From assembly GCF_009914755.1 (NCBI RefSeq), contig NC_060941.1: DNA of 64,000 nucleotides. One strand, 5' to 3'. Position numbers and translations under genes: made by a program. The first letter of the stretch is position 1. Each line of letters starts with the position of its first letter. The notes below the pieces were generated by a model. It did no database searches and was not told the origin of the DNA. It was given only the letters and a program-made list of their open reading frames with translations. Below, one piece after another: positions 14,293-29,145 of the stretch. The stretch is from the human T2T-CHM13v2.0 reference genome, Homo sapiens.

Positions 14293-15776
14293 TAGAAGAG
14301 GTCAGGAGCAAATTCGACCCATGTTCCAAAAAGCTCCAGCTCAGTATTTTCAACATGTGGTTCACTTACGTTCTATTTCCTGCTGAGTCCCCTGGCAATT
14401 GAGCTATGTGCACATTCTTATTTTGTTGGTTCTCAGACTTGAATGGTTTGGCCTCTTCCGCTTCCCAGTGCTTATTGTGCTTGTAGCCGAGCCCTGAGTG
14501 CCCTCTCCCACTCCTGGAGACTCGTCATTATTTTCTGATTGTCCAGAATGGTTTCCCAGTTGCCTTTCTATTTCTTGCCTTAAAAGGATAATGAAGCTGA
14601 GGCCCGAGATAACCTCTCCAACGCAGGCTCCGAAGGCAGCAATTTAGTGGCGGAACAGCGTGTTTTCAGGGAGCAGGAGACGTGTGGACTCTGACTTTAA
14701 CTGTTGCCCAGCGCCTAATTGTATTCCTTAAATAGGGGTTCCCTCTCTCCTCCTTTTCTCCCTCCCTCCTTTCTCTTCTACTTTACACTGTGAAATTTAA
14801 GAGTTGCAGTTTAAGTCCTACACTATTCTGGAGAGGAGAGAAACTTGGTAAGAAAATAAAATGTTTGACAAATTTAAAGAAAACACCCCTGGAACGACAT
14901 CCCCCACCCCACCATGGGTGTGGGGTCCTAGATTTAACTGTAATTCCTTGATCGATGTGATCCTTTGTGGTGTTCATGAGGATTTTAGGAAATCATGAGA
15001 TTAATAATAGAAACCTTCTTTTCACTGTCTTGTACTTGGCTGGAGCCTGTTTATTTTGTATGGCTAATTCATATCCATAAGAAAACGATTACTCAGCTAG
15101 CATTCCCACCTGTGTTTATCTTTCAGCAGCCAGGATTTGTTAAGCCCTGGGCAATTTTAATTGCTGTGAAGTGTCTTCCCTGCAGGTGTGTTTCCCTCGC
15201 TTCTTTCTCTCTTTCACATTTCCAAGTGAAAATAGTCTTCTCTGTGTAGAAGAGTGTGTTCCTTGGATCTGATATGTCTGTCTGCCTCCTGCCCTGAACA
15301 CACATTTAATTGACCCATCACTGTGTGCTGCTGAGTCAGAAGGCAGAGCAGCGCTCCGTTGAACACCATCAACAGTTTTTGTCGAGAGGGCGGCTCATAG
15401 TTGTCAACAGCCTTCTGTGTGCCTGGCACCTGATGGACTTGTTCTCCTTTCATCTTTACAGTTTTATGAAGTTGGCACTGATAACTCCATCTTATTGGGT
15501 GAAGATGTAGAGAATCATGTTCAGAAAGCATGGCTGAGTTCACAATGTCAACAGTGGAGCTGAATTTGGACCAGGTGCATTTGATCTATAGCCTTGGTGC
15601 TCTCCAGGGAGCAAAGATTATTCAGAGAGGCCATCCGTCCCTGGTGTTTAGGTGTGTAGGTTTTGGAACCAATTTAAACTGGATCTGAATCTTGGCTCCA
15701 AGATAAACTCTGAGATTTGGGCAAGTTGCTTAACCTCCCTTGGGGAAATGAAGTTTCCCCACCTGTGAAATGGATA

Positions 15777-16101
15777 TGTCTTAGTCTGTTCAGGCTGCTG
15801 TAAGAGAAATTCCATAAACTGGGTGACTTATAAGCAACAGAAATTTATTGCTCACAGTTCTGGAGGCTGCATAGTCTAAGATCAAGGTGCCACTAGATTT
15901 GGTATCTGGCAAGGGCCTGCTGTCTGGTTCATAGATGGAGTCCTCTTGCAGTGCCCTCACTTGGTGGAAGGGGCAAACAAGCTCCCTCAGGCACTAATTA
16001 CATTGATGAGGGCTCTGCCTCCCAGATGCCCTACCTCCTAATACCACAATGGGGGTTAGGTTCCAACATGTACATTCTGGGAGAACATTCAGATCATAGC
16101 A
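15777..16101 (-). mobile_element. MaLR solo LTR (MST/MLT1A-type) inserted in a MIR
   Basis: tgtcttagtctgttcaggctgct...tttattgctcacagttctggaggctg...attcagatcatagca; MIR-like sequence on both sides. Confidence 0.9.
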
Positions 16102-16329
16102 GGAGGTGACCCTTACCTCGTAGGGTTACTGAGCTATTTACATAGAGCATTTAGCAGTGCTTTGCCAGGCTCAGAATGAAATAGGATAGCTGCTCTCAGC
16201 TCATGACAGCATTTATGTAAATGAACTGGCTTCAGAGAGCCAGGCTGAGGGGCTGAGATGACGGGAGGGATGTAGAAGTGGTGGGAAGTGGATTGGGAGG
16301 AAACCTGAAGAAACTTGGAGTGGGCCTAG

Positions 16330-16709
<380 letters not shown>

Positions 16710-17359
16710 TATATTGTATATTTTAAATTTGAGAAGAAGATGGGATTTGAGGAGCAGTGTATGGCTGATGGGTGGGTACAAAATGGAAGGCCTCGCCCAG
16801 GAAAACAATGATGGGAATGAAGCCGAAGATGCTCAGGAAAGGGAGTGTGGGCAGCAGGAGGGGGATGGATGAGGAGCATTTTCTGGGTGCAGTCATGTGG
16901 GAGTAGTTGGGTTGAATTCAGAGGGTCCAAGAGAAAGGGACCCTGATGCAACAAACATGGGCCTGGACAGTGCTGCCTCAGAGCGGGCCACCTGCCAACC
17001 CTGGAAAGGAGGCTGCGTGTTCGTCAGGGGCACCATCCACAGGATCGACGCATTTGTTGCCAGAGATTAAGAGAGAAGTTTAGATCTTTTAATTTTGACT
17101 GAGGTGGCTTTTCCTTCTTTTCTTTAACCAAGGACTTAGACTCCTGAAATGTTGGGGAAAAGGTTGACAGGGAAAACATCCACCCTCTTCCTGCTGTTTT
17201 TCATCTCTATATTTTTCTCTTTTGTGGTGGTGTGGTGGCGGGCAATAAATAAAAGGCATTTCATTTCAGGGGTAACCTGGGCAGATTTTGGAAAATGTAG
17301 ACAGATTGCAAAATCATCCTATGTTTTCATAAAGTAAGCCCTGTAATATCCAGTCCTTT

Positions 17360-17599
<240 letters not shown>

Positions 17600-19332
17600 T
17601 AATTCTAATCATAACATAAAAGGGTGTCTTGATTAAACAGATACTTTATTAAGTCATCTCCATGAGTCAGTCAGACTGACAGGTTGCTGGTTGATTCTGC
17701 AGTAATTGGTGAAATTCATCAGTAATTCTCTTCAAGAGTCACTCTGGCTCTGTTCATTCATTTTATATTGGGAGGAGGTCCTCATGAAATTAGTTACTGT
17801 ATAGGTCTCAACCTATGCATTCTTTCATTGTTGCTGTGGAAACAAGCAATAAAAATCGTGGGTTGAAGAAGAAAAATAATCGGTGCTGAACATCTGTAAA
17901 ATACATGATAATTAACTTGCTTTCTGTAATCCAGAATTTTAAAAAAATCATCATACTTGGAACAAAGCTGAGACTCATAAGGTTCTGAACTAATTATGTA
18001 ACTGAATCATTAATAGTTTTCCTTGGAAACACTGTGGAAAACAAATTACGCCGCCTTTAAAGGAGTGTTTCCACTGGTAGCAGCATTCACAGAGCCGCTG
18101 CCATCAGCTCTGCAGCGTGAGCTCAGTCAGATGCATGCCTGGACACACGCCACCAGCTGGTCACTGTTTCAATAGGGTCGGGAACTAGATGGTCGGGAAC
18201 TAGAGAGACATTGTCAGGAGAAACAAGGTCGCAGACTGAGCAGGATGCTGCCTGTGGTTCTTCTCGTGGCTGGCTAACGGGCTGTGAGGGGAGAGGCAGC
18301 CAGGGACGCTAGCACTGGCCGCCATTCCCCGGGGGCAGTTAGTGAGACCCACCCTGCCCCCACCCTGTGCACTGTGAGAGTGGCAGTTAGAATTGGTTGT
18401 CACTTGTGGGTGTTTTGTAAAGTGCATTTCTGATGTTCTTTGAAAGGACAGAACATCATGGGTTTGGTGCCCTGTGTCACACCCTGAGTCCATGGGGACA
18501 GGCGGAGTCAGGGTTGGGGCTGGAAGAGAACCGAGAGGGCATTTAATCCAGTCCTGTTATGTTATTGACAGAAGAAACAGAGGCTCTGAGAGGGTGAGGG
18601 ATGGACCAGGCCGCTCCTTGCTCAGGAATCACAGTGCCGGTCCCTGCTGGCCAGTCTCGGGCTGCCTTCCACATCTCTGTGTGGATTTTCCCCTGATGTC
18701 TTCAGCTGTATCTTGCTGGTTTGAACAATTTTCCTTTCATAAAATATTGTAGTTAGGGCAGTCACTCTGCCCAACAATGTTGGGTCTGACCAATTAAAAT
18801 ATGCTTCATTAATTTTTTATGATACCCATTTTTATCCAAAAGAAGAAAAAAGTCATTTTGTGCTTCTGTGAATTCTTTCAAGTAATTCATTTATGTTTAT
18901 TTTAAAAATAAGTATATTGTTCCTTTGTCAACCCTAAAGCCACAAAGCTTATGGGCATTTTATTGGTTGACTCTGGCTGACCTGTTTTATCTGGGTGTGA
19001 GATACAGATACATAGTGTATGGGTATTTGGTGGAATGCTGTCTCAGGTCATTCTGCTGAAAAGTGATGTCAGGACATCAGTAATGTGGATATGTTTCAGT
19101 AGTTTGGTAAAAGCTGTTATGGAGTTGTAAAAATTAGCCTAGTATAAAACCTATAAACCCATCTTAGGAATATTCTATTTCCAGCCAAATCATAGGTGCT
19201 CCTACTCTGTGATAGTTCATGGTGACGTGGTATGTGGGGTGTAAAGTGTGATGATGTCATGCAGCAGGTTCAAGTGATGGAGACATGTTTTTCTTTTCTG
19301 CTCTTTTGCAGGACAGACCCACGAAGTCAAGC

Positions 19333-19479
19333 ATGCGGAGTGCAGCCAAGCCCTGGAACCCAGCCATCAGAGCAGGGGGCCACGGCCCAGACCGGGTGCG
19401 GCCTCTGCCTGCAGCCTCTTCCGGCATGAAGAGTTCTAAGTCTTCAACTTCCTTGGCTTTTGAGTCCCGACTCAGCAGG
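19333..19479 (+). CDS. SPECC1: SPECC1 (cytospin-B) first coding exon; exon 19312-19479, codons 1-49 [49 protein letters not shown]
   Basis: Recognised SPECC1 N-terminus; polypyrimidine tract + AG at 19310-19311; 21 nt of 5'UTR; donor AGG|GTATGG, phase 0, joins in frame to 33094. Confidence 0.93.
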
Positions 19480-20524
19480 GTATGGATCAAAATGCACATG
19501 GCCAGGCAGAGCGCCTGGATACCCTGGGTTGGGAGGATTGAAGAGGGCAGTAAGCAAACCAGTGGCCTCTCGGGGCAGGGAAGGAGGCTCCCAAGGAGGG
19601 GTCGCAGGAGGACCAGCATGCCTGGACATGAAGGAATAGAGCTAGCGGGTGGGAGTGGGGGCCCTCTGGGGTCCAGAAAGGAGGTCTGCAAAGTGTTTAA
19701 CACAGTAATTAAGGTCCTCTGCCCTGGGTTGCATGGACATCCCGGCAGTTTTGCCCCAAGCACGGCCCTGGATAGGGGTCGAGGTCATGCACGATCTTTG
19801 CAGCCCCCCACAATCCAGTTGTAGTTCTTCAAGCCCCTCTTACTGGACCCCGCAGCAGCATGGACGCTGTTGATTACGCCCTTCATGAGGGAGTGCGTTC
19901 TCCTCTGGTTTTCTCCTCCCCCCATCCCTTTGGTCTCTAAGGTTGGGTGGGCCCATGCCACATTCCTAGACTCATCTCTTTTCTAGCTGCATTCATTTCT
20001 TTACATGAGAGGCTCTCACCGTGCAAAGCCTAGTGCCTCCTTAGCTGCCCTGAGATGAATTCATAGACAGTAGCACCTACCTCATGCAATACTTTAGAAA
20101 AGTCAATATGATCTTCTATATTAGCATGGATTTCCATCTGCACAGCTGTGCTAAAGGCCTTGAGATGCTCCTTAAAGCACCATGGGCGTGACAGCTACAA
20201 TGCAGATGGATTTGAGATGCAGACTGATTTGAATTGTGTTGATGACTCAACTACGGTGAAGGCTGCTGCAGAAGGAGTGACGGGATTGTTTTGAAATAGC
20301 AGACACTCTTGGTGAAGTTCTGAACCAAGCATGGTGCCGGCTCCCTTTGTTTTAGTATTTTTGGACTTAGAGCAGACACTCTTGGTGAAGACACTCTTAG
20401 AGCTAGGCAAGGGGCACATTGTTTTTATGAGTCAAATGGAGGGAGGCTCTAGGCTCAGATAATAATAAAAGGTGTTCCACCTGTGTCAGTGCCTGCGGAA
20501 TATGTGGAAAGTGTGTGGGTCGTG

Positions 20525-20698
20525 GAGCAGTTCTTTGTGTAAGATTGTCATGAGCATTTTAGGACATCTGAATTTCCTGTCCTCCTACCCGTTAAATATT
20601 AGTAACACATCCAGTCATGGTGACAACCAAAAATGTGCCCTCAGATTTTCAACACATCCCCTGAGGGACAGCCCTGTCCCCATCGAGAACCATTGTTC
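20525..20698 (-). mobile_element. MER20
   Basis: gtgacaaccaaaaatgtgccc...gagaaccattg. Confidence 0.7.
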
Positions 20699-20719
20699 TA
20701 GGTGACGGGTCCATTCTCA

Positions 20720-21625
20720 TGGCTTTTAACACTCTAAGTGGATAACGTCCAAATTTGCATCTCCAGCTGGGACCCCTCTAACTGCCTTTGTGACATCACC
20801 CTTGGATGTCCAAAAGTGTAACATGTCCAAAACCGAATCTCAATGCCTTCCTCTCCATCTCTCTCACCACCCCCTAACCTGCTCCCCCAAATCTTCCCAT
20901 TTGTGTAAATAGCAACTCCATCTTCTTGGTTGCTCAGGCCACAGCCAGTGGCATCACCCTTAAACCCTCCTTTTCTCATATCTCACAGTCCATCAGTGAA
21001 ATGCCATCACTTCTACCTTAAAAATATGTGTCAACTCCAACCAATTCCCACTGCCTCCCTTGTGACCAGTTGGGTCATGCCCCCACCCTTCTGTGCCCTA
21101 GTCCTGGTCCTTGGAACACCTGAGTCATGTCACTTCTCTGCGTCAACCCTCTAGTGGCTCTCCCCATTCACTCAGAGTGAAAAGCAGAGTCCTTGAAATG
21201 GCCAGCGATGCCCTCAGGGCCCAACCCTGTCCCCTGCCTCTCAGGTGTGGTCTCGCTCCTCTGTGCCCTGGCTCCTGGAGCTCCAGCCACACGTTCTGCT
21301 GGTGTTTGGTGACAGCTGTCCTTCGGATTGCCAGGTGCACTCCTGCGGCAGTGTGTTTGTGTTTGCTGCTCCCTCTGCCTGGAAAGCACCTGGTGCCTCT
21401 ATAGGAAGTGTCCTTGACCTCCATCCTCCTCCTCCTGCTGCCTTGTTTTCCTTCTCTGCTCTTGATGCCATTGCACACACCTGCTTGTTTACGGTCTGTC
21501 TTCTCATGGCTGGAAAGTAAGCCCCCTGCAGGCAGGGACTGTATGCTTCTTTTTTGTACTCGGCTCTGTCCCTAGTGCTTAGAAGAGCACCTGCTACCTG
21601 GTAGGCACTCAGTATTTATTGAATG
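20720..21625 (+). mobile_element. L2 fragment
   Basis: aacatgtccaaaaccgaa, gttgctcaggcc, cactcagagtgaaa, ending ggcactcagtatttattgaatg. Confidence 0.85.
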
Positions 21626-22080
21626 ATGAGCACACCTGTTTTCTGGCGGTCTGATGGAACAAGAGGAGCTTGGGGGCGTGGGGCTGGCCTGAGTTGGAAT
21701 CCTGGCTCTGCCACTTCCCCACTGTGAAGCTGCAGGCAAGCTGTGTAGCTGCCCTGAGCTTGTGCTTCCTTGTCTTTCAGATGAAGGTAACACCTTCTTT
21801 GTCATAAGGAGTAAATGTGGGTAAAGCATCCTATGTGTAATTTTGTTTATTATTCTATTCTGGATTGAAACATCATTTCCATTATTTTTGTTTTTATTAT
21901 TTTCAACCCAACAGCACACTTTAAACTTAGATTTTTATGTTTATTATTATTTTTTCTATATCCAATAAGCAACATATAAACTTAGATTTTTAAATGAATA
22001 CATACATTCCACAATAACAGATCATTAGAGCTGCTGGAATACGGAAATATTTTTAAAAGCAGTGTTTAAAATAAGGCCTC

Positions 22081-22397
<317 letters not shown>

Positions 22398-22539
22398 ACA
22401 AAATATATAAAATAAGGCCGGAAGAAGCATAGGAATGTTTCTAAAGGACAATGAATGAGATGCTGGACACTTCTCCCATTGATAGGTTCATGTTTTGGAA
22501 ACTTGTTCCAAAGAGAAAATGTCAGGGAAAAGCAAATAC

Positions 22540-22800
22540 AGTCATTCCTTGGTATCCTTGGGGGATTGGTTCCAGGACCCACTGTGGATACCAAAATCCA
22601 TGGATGCTCAAGTCCCTGATATAAAGGGTGTTTGCATATAACCTACACACATCCTCCCATATACTTTAAGTGATCTCTAGATTACTTATGATACCTCATG
22701 CAATGTAACTGCCGCATACATAGTTGTTATACTGTGTCATTTTAAATTTTTTTATTGTTGTATTGTTAATTTTTAAAATTAATGTTTTGAGTAACTTTTT
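22540..22800 (+). mobile_element. MER2 (Tigger-family) fragment
   Basis: ggtatccttgggggattggttccaggaccc...ccaaaatccatggatgctcaagtccctgatataaa. Confidence 0.8.
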
Positions 22801-23296
22801 CTGCACTTGGTACCATGCGCATATTAGGGGCCTTCTGCTCTCCTTCCCGATTCCTGTCCTCTCCAGGCCTGATTCTGTGCAGGAAAATGATAGGGCTTGA
22901 GGGAAGGAGCAGCAGAAAGAAATGTAGCCCGCCTGACCTTTCCAGCCCTGGTTCTGTTCCTCTGATTTGACCTTAATCTTTCCACCTATGGTATGGGAAG
23001 AAGAAAAATACTAAAAAGGAAGTCAGAGAGCAGAAGAGAGAAAGAGGAAATGGTGGTGGACAAAAAAGCAAGTAATTTTCCCTCCCAATATTTTACTGTG
23101 ACAATTTGTAAGCACACGGGGAGGTTCTACAGTAGTACAGGGGATCCCACAGCAGACACCATAGACCACCACCTAGGTCCTACAGTTAGCATCTCACTAT
23201 ATTTGCTTTATAGGAAATGGATAGATAGGGTTTCACTGGTCAAAACAGGAACACTGAGACAAATCCACTGAAAGTAGAACTGAATACCTGACTTTC

Positions 23297-24152
23297 TTTT
23301 TTTAAATTTTAATTCGAATTATTATTTTTCTAAAATTTTACTTTAAGTTCTGGGATACATGTGCAGAACATGCAGGTTTGTTACATAGGTATAAATGTGC
23401 CATGGTGCTTTGCTGTGCCTATCAACCAGTCATCTAGATTTTAAGCCCCGCATGCATTAGGTATTTGTCCTAATGTTCTCCCTCCCCTTGCCCCCTACCC
23501 ACCAACAGACCCGGGTGTGTGATGTTCCCCTCCCTGTGTCCATTTGTTCTCATTGTTCAACTCCCACTTATGAGTGAGAACATGCAGTGTCTGGTTTTCT
23601 GTTCCTGTGTTAGTTTGCTGAGAATGATGGCTTCCAGCTTCATCCATGTCCCTGCAAAGGACATGAACTCATTCTTTTTTATGGCTGCATAGTATTCCAT
23701 GGTGTATATGTGACGCATTTTCTTTATCCAGTCTATCATTGATGGATGTTTAGGTTGGTTCCAAGTTTTTGCTATTGAAAATAGTGCTGCAATAAACATA
23801 CATGTGCATGTGTCTTTTTAGTGGAATGATTTATATTCCGTTGGGTATATACCCAATAATGAGATTGCTGGGTCAAATGGTATTTCTGGTTCTAGATCCT
23901 TGAGGAATCACCACACTGTCTTCCACAATGGTTGAACTAATTTACACTCCCACCAACAGTGTAAAAGCATTCCTATTTCTCCACAGCCTCACCAGCATCT
24001 GTTGTTTCCTGACTTTTTAATGATCGCCATTCTAACTGGCGTGAGATGGTATCTCATTATGGTTTTGATTTGCATTTCTCTAGTGACCAGTGATGATGAG
24101 CTTTTTTTCATGTTTGTTGGCTGCATAAATGTCTTCTTTTGAGAAGTGTCTA
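23297..24152 (-). mobile_element. 5'-truncated L1PA (ORF2 C-terminus + 3'UTR)
   Basis: ORF2 peptides MFIAALFSIAKTWNQPK... and [28 protein letters not shown]; 14-bp TSD aatacctgactttc at 23283 and 24153. Confidence 0.95.
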
Positions 24153-25544
24153 AATACCTGACTTTCAACATTGGCCTGAACTGAAGGAGCAGTGAAAGAA
24201 AGCAGGGTGCAGAGGCTGGGGACGTGGACACTCAGAGAGGGTGCATACACTCCTGTAAATCCTCCTTGTGGTATCTGAGCACAGCCCAGAAAGAAGAGAA
24301 CCTGCAGTGTCATTTGCGAGGCCCAGGTCTATTAATTGGGGTCCTCTTGGTTGCAAATGATGAAACATTGGCTTAAGCTTGCTTCAGCAGAAAAGGAATG
24401 TACTGAGCAGATCCTAAGGCTCCCATGTCACTATGAGCGGGACAAAGGTGCATTTTAACAAACCCTTCCTGTGACTCTGATGTCTGCTCAAGTTTGAGAA
24501 GCGGTGTCCAACCATAACATGTTATCCACCAGTAACGACCAGATTATGTTATGTCTGATGATTTTAGGGCTGTGAATTCTTTTCTACATCTTTGTGGAAT
24601 TGAGAGGAATTTCTTAGTTACTTTAATCTGTGAGGCATTTGAACTTTTTCCTTTTATATACTTTCTTATACAGGTGGTTGGCAGCTTAAATATCAGTGAA
24701 GCTGTTAATGAAGATACTTACTAAATAGCAAAGCAGCACCGAAGTGCACACCTTCATAGGATCTTCTGGAGCAAGCCAGAAATCTCAAGTGGTGCTGTGG
24801 CCAGGAAACAAAGCAAAAAATGCAGTGGTGAATAGAGAAGGAGCAAGAATTAGTAACTGAGACTGGTAGCTTTCCTTTTGATGTTGCATCCAAAAAGCAG
24901 TGACAAAGTAAGAGTAGCTACCTTCAGCTGTTTGTTTTGAAGGACACGTGGGATCAGTTTTTTGTCTTTATGTCCTACCCCCAGGAAACCTTTTAAGCTA
25001 CCAGTCTTTTTCAAATGGAATTCCTCGTGGAAGGTGCAGGGGAAATGAAGTGCTCCCCTTGAAAGCTTTGCTGCTACCCAAACTCCATGCCCTATGGGAG
25101 GGAGGTGGCACAGCACTGGCCTGCAGCACATCATACTTATCCTGTTGTCTGGGAAGGACAGGACCACATCTACCCACAGTGCAGCATAAAATCCCCTAGT
25201 CCAAGAGGAGACAGAGTCAGCTGAGTGTGGCTGGCTCACAAAATGGAACACAATAGCTGATGTGTGTTATCTCTAGCTGTGCCTGGTGCATCACAGGCAG
25301 GCACACTATGCATTTTTACTGAATATTGTTCTTGGATGGATTTACCGAAGAAGAGCCTGAGGTTCAGAGAGGTTGATGACTTGCTTGATGTTCTATTGTA
25401 CTCTCTGGAATCCCCGTTGCATTGCGTTCATTTTTCCTAAAAACACTCCCCTCCTCCCTCCTCCTCCTTGCCTTAATTTGAATTTAGTTTTTACAGGATA
25501 ACAATAGTAAAAACAATAATGATGATTTTCATTTGTTATCGTTA

Positions 25545-25790
25545 TAGTTGGTGTCTGTTCAATGCATACTGTGTCAGACACTGTTATCCTAAGCACACTG
25601 CATGGCTAACTTGTTTAATCCTCAGAGCAACACTCTGAAGTGGGTACCATGATCATACTTACTTTTTAGGTGAAGAAACCAAAGCACAGAGAGGACGTGA
25701 TTTGCCCAAGGTCACACAGCTAAGCACTGGCAGAGCCAGGATTCAGACCCAGGTGGTCTGTATTTTCAGCCCTTGGCCACTAAACTGTGC
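25545..25790 (-). mobile_element. MIR
   Basis: gaagaaaccaaagcacagagag...ttgcccaaggtcacacagc...ggcagagccaggattc. Confidence 0.85.
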
Positions 25791-27076
25791 TGCCACGTGA
25801 CATAGCTTTTTTCCCAACCCCTGTGACGTGGGATGGGGACCTCCTGGCTCCTGTTGGTCTTCAGCCTGGTGTTGCTGTGGAAGACACCCACCCCTCCAGA
25901 ATGCCTCCCTGCCCTCTCTGCCTGAGAAAAACCGAATCATGGCCTCTTCTGTGAGGTCTTGGGACTCCCCCAGCCCCTCCTGGGCTTTCTCCACATTCGT
26001 TTCTCTGCAGCTTAGTGCTGTCCTCAGTGTGTTCTGTGTGGTTATATGGGAACCTCCTCTTTAGGTGGTTAACTCTGATCGGCAGGGCCTCCTGATTCAC
26101 TTTGACATTCATGCCATATGCACAGCATACAGATCTTCTAAGTGGACGTAGGCTAAAGATGTACGTCCAGCCTCTAGTGGGTTTTTGGTAAAGCTTAGCT
26201 GAATTACAGTGTTCAGAATGGGAGGGACAGGAATGGAGAAGCCACAAGCCCGACAGAAGCAGCCCTGGCAAAGTGACAAGAAGGGAGGGAGGGGTTTGGA
26301 GCTGTTTCTCCTGCCGATCTTCCCTTCCCTCTCCCACATACATGTGGAGGGCTGCTGCAGTCTCCCTAGGAGCATGGCATCCCAGGAGGAGTGCCCCCCT
26401 CTCTCCCCAGGACGTCCGCATCCCCCGTCCACTTCCTCCTGGCACTGAAATCTGGACTTTATCTCACTGCAGGATTCACTGAAAGGCTGTTGGATGGCTG
26501 GAATCCCCTTCAGCCTTTACAGCTAACATACTAGGTGTTCCCATATTCTAAGGGCTCTTTTACTGTGGGTGAGCTGGCTGGAGGAGAAGGGGAGAGGAGA
26601 AGGGGGACGAGAAAGGGAGCCCCACCCTCTGCTCAGGACCCATTGTTCACATTCTTTTCCGTGTGAAATGTTGCTGCATCCAGGCCCTAGGCTATGAGTG
26701 GTGGCATTTCTATGTTTGTGGAATGAATATAAAGTCTGTTTTAGGATCAGTGGACAAAAATCAGCATGTTTGAAGTGGAGGTTACAATCAGTTGGTTAGT
26801 ACGATATTTGACATTTACCCTGGGCCCTTAATGGTGCAGTTTTTCTGATGTAAGGAGGGTGAAAAAGCAGCCACTATGTGTACTAAACAGAAGGCGTGAT
26901 GAGTACAGTCAGTGCAGGATCGTGAAGCCATCAGCACATTCCTTCTTCAGCTAATCAGCCCAGACAGTGTGGGGTATTTTTGTATTCTCTGCTGTTTGTG
27001 CTCTGAGTACATGTGCACAAAATGCAGTGACACTGATCAATAAACTCTTTAAGCCTAATAAGCATATGCAGTCTCA

Positions 27077-27572
<496 letters not shown>

Positions 27573-27764
27573 TTAGATTTTGTTTGTAAATCTAAAGATG
27601 CTTCTGTTGCTGCCAGCCTGGAGAACCACCATGGAGAGCCACTAGGAAAACAGCTGCAATGATGATGTTGAAGATGATGAGAGCCTCCAACATTTATGTT
27701 CTTAATAAAATGCTTTAAATTTTTAACTAAGGGCACAACTCTAGAGATACGCCAACTGCTTTCT

Positions 27765-28030
27765 CTTTTTTTTTTCGGTGGGGGGGCGGGAGACAGGGTT
27801 TTGCTCTGTTGCCCATACTGGAGTGCAGTGGTGCAATCATGGCTCCCTGCAGCCTCGAACTCCAGCGATCCTCCCGCCTCAGCCTCCTGAGTAGCTAGGA
27901 CTACAGGCACGCAGTGCCACACCCCACTAATTTTTAAAAAAGATTATTTGTAGAAATGGAGTCTTACTATGTTGCTCAGGCTGGTCTTGGACTCCTGACC
28001 TCAAGTGATTGTCTTGCCTTGGCCTTCAAA
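27765..28030 (-). mobile_element. Alu (AluJ-like)
   Basis: Antisense Alu. Confidence 0.9.
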
Positions 28031-29145
28031 TGTTTTCTCCATTTTAGAATTGAGGAACTGCAGCATCAGTACCTGGGTCATATAGGTAGGAAGAAGGAGC
28101 GCTGCTCCCTTCACCACTCCCTGGGCTGCCTCCTTCCTGTGTGATTGCAGGGAACCTCCTATATAGAGATCCCAGATCCCAAGTCTTCTTTTGCATGTCC
28201 CACTCCCTCCCCACCCTTGAAAACAAAAACAAACCCTGCGATGCAGCACTTACTGCTGACTCCCCACCAGAGACCCCCCAGCCCTGAGCGTGGTGCTGCA
28301 GCTACCTGTGCTTTCCCCCCGGTCACTGCTACTGCTTCACCCCTGTTCTTATCATGACTGGCGCCACCTATGTTACCATGCCAGGTCCTCTTGCAGTGCC
28401 TCAAAGGCAAAACTCCCACTGCTTGCGCACTGCTGTCTTGTGTTGCCTCCAGCTGTCATCTCACCAAGACCTTGAGTCCCAGGAACCAACCCCTTATGGA
28501 AGGGGGCAGGGCAAGCTCTACCTCTGCTGCTCTGGGGTGGTGGCTGGGGATGGAGGCTGTGGTGGGATCTCCGAGGGGGTTTCACTTCTGTTCCCAGTAG
28601 GAGTGCTCTCATTTGTTGGATTTCCTGGTTTATTCTGGGTTTCAGAGAGCCCTTCCTCTCTTGGCCTTTGCTGTAGAGTTTGAAAATTCTGTACTTTGAG
28701 TCAGACTTGCAGATTTTAGAAATGTCAGAGAATCAGATAGGGGAAAAGCAGAATCCACCGTGTATGGCTTGCGTTATTGCGTTAAGAATTCCCTTAACCA
28801 CTGTGATTTCCCTTTTTCATTTGAGAAGTCATCTAGGGAGTTTTCAAAGTTTCAAACCAGAATTGATTTTCATTTGGGGACCAGGGAGGCACCTGAGTGT
28901 GCTTCTTGGAAGAGTGAGTAATAGTTTTTCTCTATTGAGAAAAAGCTGCCAACATTATAGACTATGGTCATTTAATATTAAACATGTATTATACAGGTGA
29001 CCTGATGGATGGTTTGAGAGGTTGGAGAGCTTGAGTGAAGGGATGCTTTTTACTCTGAGATGGGAAGTGGAAAGACCATTACAGAGTTCTCTAAGAAGGG
29101 TAGTAGTGTAACTTCTGGATTAACTCAAGTGTCATGTTTGGTCCA

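Noticed and set aside
19285-19824. 179-aa single-exon ORF
   Set aside because: Real exon plus read-through of flanking intron; canonical splice sites delimit 19312-19479 and the 3' extension resembles no protein I know.
23297-24152. Active L1
   Set aside because: Only ~850 bp of the 3' end, with a broken ORF2.
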